Below are positions 59,031 through 64,000 of a stretch of 64,000 bases of DNA, piece after piece (position 1 is the first letter of the stretch; each line of letters begins with the position of its first letter). The translations under genes were made by a program, and so were the position numbers. Location of the stretch: contig QPGO01000066.1 of NCBI GenBank assembly GCA_008632985.1, positions 141,771 through 205,770 of the forward strand, in the 5' to 3' direction. Origin of the DNA: Psammoneis japonica (Eukaryota). The notes under the pieces are model-generated. The model worked only from the letters and a program-made list of their open reading frames with translations, was not told where the DNA came from and made no database searches.

Positions 59031-59666
59031 GGGAAGCACCCTTCTAGACATCCACTAGTTTTATTAAACTGTTAAATGAATGCATTAGCGATTGACAAAA
59101 CCTCTGACGGTGAGGTTTTTGGCTGACTCGTACTCTGTCGGAGGCAGCAAACAATGCACAAAGTGAGGTGAGTCATTCAAAAAATGTAGAAATGGCAACT
59201 TAAATCGAGTTTGGGAAGCGGAATCGCCATTCAGGGATCTTCTTATGGGTATAAGTAAGACATTCATGCCCCAATTCCGCTTCCCATGTCAACATTGACG
59301 CCACCGCAACCGACAGACTCACCATGGTGGGATGGAGTGTTTCGCCGTGCAAAAAGCACGGGAGTGTCGGAAGGGTGGACGAACACCGAGCAGAATATTT
59401 GAGTCGAAGTATTCGAGCTATAAGGTCCCTTCACGTAGGCCTTTCACGTGGTGTGATACAGTAGATGCATGATCGATACGGTACGTACATGGATGGCGTA
59501 GAAGTGTACTGTGTGTATGTACGGTATGCCGTGCCGAAACAAGCAAAACAAGCGCTACCGGCTACCGGCACTGTACTGTTGCTATTTGCTATTTGTATTT
59601 TGCTGTTCGTTTGCTGTGTTGATTCAATTGAATCCATACCGGTATTGTCAAACCCACATTACAATC

Positions 59667-60605
59667 ATGACGACGTCTCCTAACAAACGTGTAAGGTTAG
59701 CTTGTTGCGGTGATGGCGAAAGCGCAGCACTCAAACTGGTCTGTGAGAGCGGCTTTTTGAACACCAAAACTCTGGGCCGTTTGCTCCTAATCACCAACAA
59801 ACGCTTGACGCATGACATGTTTGGCAGTAATCCTCAAGACGTTTGGCGGTGCATGTGTGCCAATGAATGGAGCTTGGATGACGTGCAGCTTGCCACCATT
59901 TCCACAGGCATGACCATGGAGGAAACTTTCCTCAAGCTTTTGGTGCCTTCTGTTGTGGGAATCAACTCGTGGGCGGGAGAAGAATTCTCGTTGCGCCCGC
60001 TGAGGTATTCTCCAGACGATTATCTGTTTGTTTTTAAGTTTGAGTATACCTCAGATCCAAATGACGAGGATATTTTTTACCACAAGGTTGTTCCCGGCAA
60101 AGAGCTCTCACAGTTCTTCACCAAGGGCAAGGCGCGAATGCTCTTTGATGAACCAATTCTAGAAATTTTATTCGGCAAACTTAGCTTCATTGAGATCCGT
60201 TGGACCGCACATGTGCAACTAGTTCGAATCCCTGATGGAAAGATTATTCATGATTTTGCGCTTTTCGACGCTGAAGAATCACTGAACTTCGACGATCCGG
60301 ATTTGTGTGAGAGGAACCTATTGTTAAAACCAAACTATCGGAAAAAGACGCTGAGCTACGACTACGGATTTCATCTTATGCGAACAGTCTATCCTGAATA
60401 CAGTGAACTTCTATTTGATGTAGAACTTATTTGTCGCATGGAAGCTGTCAATGAATGTTTGAACAAGGTTACAGTGTTTGGTTTCAAGCTTGTCACGATG
60501 CTAGAGTCAATGGGTAATGGAACAGTACTTGATTCAGATTCTCTTGTGGAGAACAACATTTCTTTTGCTCATTTTTTGGAAGCCTTGTCTGCTTGGGACT
60601 CGTGA
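59667..60605 (+). CDS. Hypothetical protein with an F-box-like N-terminal helix region (312 aa from ATG 59667)
   Basis: Long ORF with normal composition; ALKLVCESGFLNTKTLGRLLLITNK...VWRCMC resembles F-box-like starts. Confidence 0.65.
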   Translation: MTTSPNKRVRLACCGDGESAALKLVCESGFLNTKTLGRLLLITNKRLTHDMFGSNPQDVWRCMCANEWSLDDVQLATISTGMTMEETFLKLLVPSVVGINSWAGEEFSLRPLRYSPDDYLFVFKFEYTSDPNDEDIFYHKVVPGKELSQFFTKGKARMLFDEPILEILFGKLSFIEIRWTAHVQLVRIPDGKIIHDFALFDAEESLNFDDPDLCERNLLLKPNYRKKTLSYDYGFHLMRTVYPEYSELLFDVELICRMEAVNECLNKVTVFGFKLVTMLESMGNGTVLDSDSLVENNISFAHFLEALSAWDS

Positions 60606-61059
60606 TTTGGAGACATGGTCATTTTGATGGAACCATTCTCGAAGGTGTCGCGATGAGGATTAGATTACGAACAAACTATAGCATTTAGGACAGTGCCGTT
60701 GCTCACCTCAACACAGCAAGCACACACTCCACTATTCAGAAACTTGAGCACCATCTAAGCAGCCGTATGGGATCATCAAGCATTGGCATTGCGTCCACGT
60801 TCACATCACCGACTCCAGCAATCCTTCCGTTTGACAACAACAAAATGGGCCATTCAAAAATACATCGGAGTCAGCCATGCCCTTCAAAGGATCAGAACCC
60901 ACCTGACTCAATCATTGCCGGTGTGTAACTCAATGACAATTGACAATGCTTGACCTGCTGCTTAGAGTTTATGTGTCTTTTACAGGGTGCATTAAAGGAA
61001 TCTACATTTGATGTAAACGACCCGAGATTCTCTTTTTTTTGTCGATCGCCAAGGCTCGG

Positions 61060-62781
61060 CGGGTCTGTTCACAAGGTTCAATGGGCACAAATGCTGCACA
61101 TGTGTGCATGCATGCATGCTGTGTAAATGCATGTTGTGCTTAATCCACCTGAGCTGCAAGCAGTCCACAACTTAGATTCCCAAATTGAGTGTCCAAGACT
61201 TGGGGACATCTGACTTGTGAAGGATCCAGGTCGGCATTCCTTGTGCCTGCATGGCATGAAAGACTGTGGCCGTCATTTTCTGGTGGTGCATCATGTGCAA
61301 TTTGATTCAGCACTTGGTCCAAAACAGAGTGAGGAACAACCACAGAGATGGCTTGCTGCCAAGCATTGTGTTTGGCAGCTTTCAGTGCCACAGAAATGAG
61401 CTCTGAAGGAGCTGGTGACTTGTTTGTCAAAGTGACACGAGCAACTGGCATTGCAGGAATGTGCTTCTTGTGGCAGAGGAACCAAGAGCTCAGCAACTGC
61501 CTGGCCCAACTGCATTTCTTTGCAGTGGTTGACATGCTGATTCCCCTGCATTGTGTTCAACGTCTTCAAAGACTGCAGAGATGCAATGCACATCAAAATC
61601 AAGGTCTTCCAGGTGAAGGAGCTTGTCCCCAGTGGGAGCGGCACACACAATGCATCTTGGACAATTTGGTTGAATGAACAAACAGAGCTGAAAGTCATGT
61701 GAGAGATCTTCAGGAAATCAATGAAGCCATTGCAAGAAAAAGAGTGGAGGGACTTTCATGTCATTTGGTGTCATGGAAAGATTGCACTCTTTGCTTGCTT
61801 GGCAAGTCTGCGGCTTTTGCAAGCAACCCCGCTTGCTGATTCAGTCAATGGGCAAGGCACCAAAGCACTTTGAGCTGATTCTAACAACTTTGCAACAGTG
61901 GCTTGCCTGTTCACAAAGGGGCTTGCAATCTTGTTGCTTGAGCACAATGCTGTGTCTCTGTGCCCCCCCACAGGGGGTGCAAGAAAAATCAAGATTTTCA
62001 AATTTCCTTGCTGTTCTTTCCACTTTTTCAAACACCGTGCAGTGCCTCTTTTGTTGTGCAGCCTTGCAGAGCAAAGCATGATGCCAATTGCAAGACAAAA
62101 CTGCCCTGTGTCACTCTCTGAATCTTTTCTCCTTCAGTGGCAGCTCATGCTCCTGGGTGCGCACTCTGGTTGGTTGCAGAGCAAACCACAAGCACCAAAC
62201 CTCAAGATGCAGCTCACAATGTTGAAGGGCCCAGAGCCAGAGCTTTGACCAGAGAGTTGCAAAGGGTGGCCAGAATGAGCCACAAGCAAAACTTGCTCTT
62301 TTGTTGGCTCATTGACATGCAGCGCAACATTGACAAAAGAAAGGATTGAAATTGCAACAGCTTTGGAGAGGCTTGCAGCTGCACATGAGTGCATTCCAGA
62401 ATCAGTGACAATGCGCTCCAGCTCTGGGCACGACTCTGTGTGACAGCAAACTTCGTTGCACAAGAGTGCAAGGTGGCACAGGTGCAAAAATGAGCCAGAC
62501 CTCATGTGTGCAGAACTCAGTGTGTTTTCTGCACAAATCACCAAAGTCACCTTGCCAACTTCAATCCTCTCCAACAAGATGGAAACATGGACAACTCACA
62601 TGATGATGACAAAGAGTTTGGAGTGCTTGTTTGGACTCCCCTTGACTTGTTTGTGGAGAAAAGCTGAATGTTTTCAAGCATTTATGAAGACAGTGCACAC
62701 CAAGTCCAATCCAAAAGGTGCCAAAATTGCAACCTTGGAGCTTTGCAGAGCTGCACCAAATGACAAATGTGTGTGAACATG

Positions 62782-62814
<33 letters not shown>

Positions 62815-64000
62815 CAAACAAGTCAACAGGAGTGCAAGCAAGCAGCCCAACCAAGCACCACTTTGTTGTGTGAAATGTTCAAGTTCACATCATCTGGGAG
62901 AGGGTTTGAGTTGGCAAAGTGACTTTGGAAATTTGTGCAGCAAACATGCCGAGTTCTGTGCATGTGGAATCTGGCCCATTTTTGTGCCCGTGCTGCCTTG
63001 ACCAACTGAAACACTTGTCTTGAACATCAAACAAATGACCAAGTTTGCAGTGCAGTGCACATTGTGTCTGTCCATGCTTGAAGTTTTTGAACACCCACCC
63101 ACCCCACACCTTTCTTAAATGACCAAGAGAGGTGCAGAAGAAAAACATTGACAGTTGTGGTTGAGCGGATCACCCAAAAATTGCACCACAAAATGGTGCA
63201 AAATTCCACCAAAAACATGCGGAAATGTGTGTGCATGACATGTGGCATGATCCCAAAAGTTGTCAATGTCACAGCTCAGCGGCACAAGGTCCCACCTGCA
63301 TCTGCTCCAGTGAGCTGGAATGTGTGTAAAATGCTCGGGGCACAGACCACTGTCTCCCTCTCTGGCCTCCGATCTGTGCCGCACAATTGCACAGCCAAGA
63401 CGGCTGCTGCCCTCTGCCACTCTCTGACTCTTCTCTCCTCTGGTGGTGGCTGATGCTCCTGGCTGAGCACTGTGGTTGGTTGTGGCACAAGCCACAAGCA
63501 CCAGACCCAAGATGCCAGCTTCAAGCTTCGTTGTGAAAATCCAATGCACTCTTTGGGGAAAGAATTTCAAATGACAGGTGTCATCACATTCGATGAGATC
63601 TGCTCAGGTGATCAACAGCCACAGCCGCACAGACATGCAGCACGCACCACAAAATGGCTGAAACATCAAGGAAGAAGCACTGCAGGGCCCTGTCCAACAA
63701 GCAGACTGCTCTGCCAGATGAGTGTGCAGCCATGGGTGGGGATGTGGCACAAATCACATGGAAACAAATTTCCGTGGATCGAAACAAGAGTCGCCTCAGT
63801 TGACAGAGGGTGTTCAGAGGTGTTTGGAATGGGGGGCAACTTTTTCATTGGCCTTGCATTTGTCAACATTGATGGTGATGAAGTGACTGCCATTTTGCTG
63901 CACTTTGCTGTGCAATCATGACTGAAAACATTTCGATTTTTCAAAAATCCTGCTGTCACTTGTTTGTGGTTGTGGAGGGCCACTGCTGCTTTTGTGATGC
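61060..64000. other. TpA/CpG-depleted decayed domain D4 (probable transposon remnants), runs off the window
   Basis: TA nearly absent, TG/CA excess, internal inverted repeat. Confidence 0.8.
62785..62812 (+). repeat. (TC)14 microsatellite
   Basis: Direct reading. Confidence 0.9.

Noticed and set aside
61100..64000. Specific transposase assignment for remnants in D1, D2, D3 and D4
   Set aside because: No catalytic motif was recognisable by eye; needs in silico back-mutation and an HMM search.

Overview
Eukaryotic nuclear DNA, most likely a raphid pennate diatom (short GT-AG introns, a diatom-type Ty1/copia element, PS-repeat giant surface protein, MATH-BTB-SAP protein, Lys/Ser/Gly-rich tails). 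Intact genes: cNMP/EF-hand mitochondrial carrier, class-3 lipase, beta-helix protein, a small secreted/membrane protein, tRNA dimethylallyltransferase, a ~5,700-aa mucin-like protein, GH2 glycosidase, MATH-BTB-SAP and an F-box-like protein; a TPR gene and a glycosyltransferase carry frameshifts. These genes alternate with sharply bounded multi-kb domains (~14.95-17.74, ~19.03-22.6, ~43.3-50.0, ~61.1-64 kb) almost devoid of TpA and poor in CpG. Several of these domains contain decayed copies of genes whose intact versions lie in the same window, so the mutation spectrum can be read directly: TpA->TpG/CpA plus CpG->TpG/CpA, with TpA lost more completely. TpA->CpA is the reverse of fungal RIP (CpA->TpA). 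It points to a domain-targeted TpA mutator acting on silent repeats and duplicates, which I consider the main discovery candidate. The copia element at the left edge appears to show an early stage: ORF open and CpG kept, but Tyr codons changed to His/Cys. All counts were made by hand and no database searches were run.
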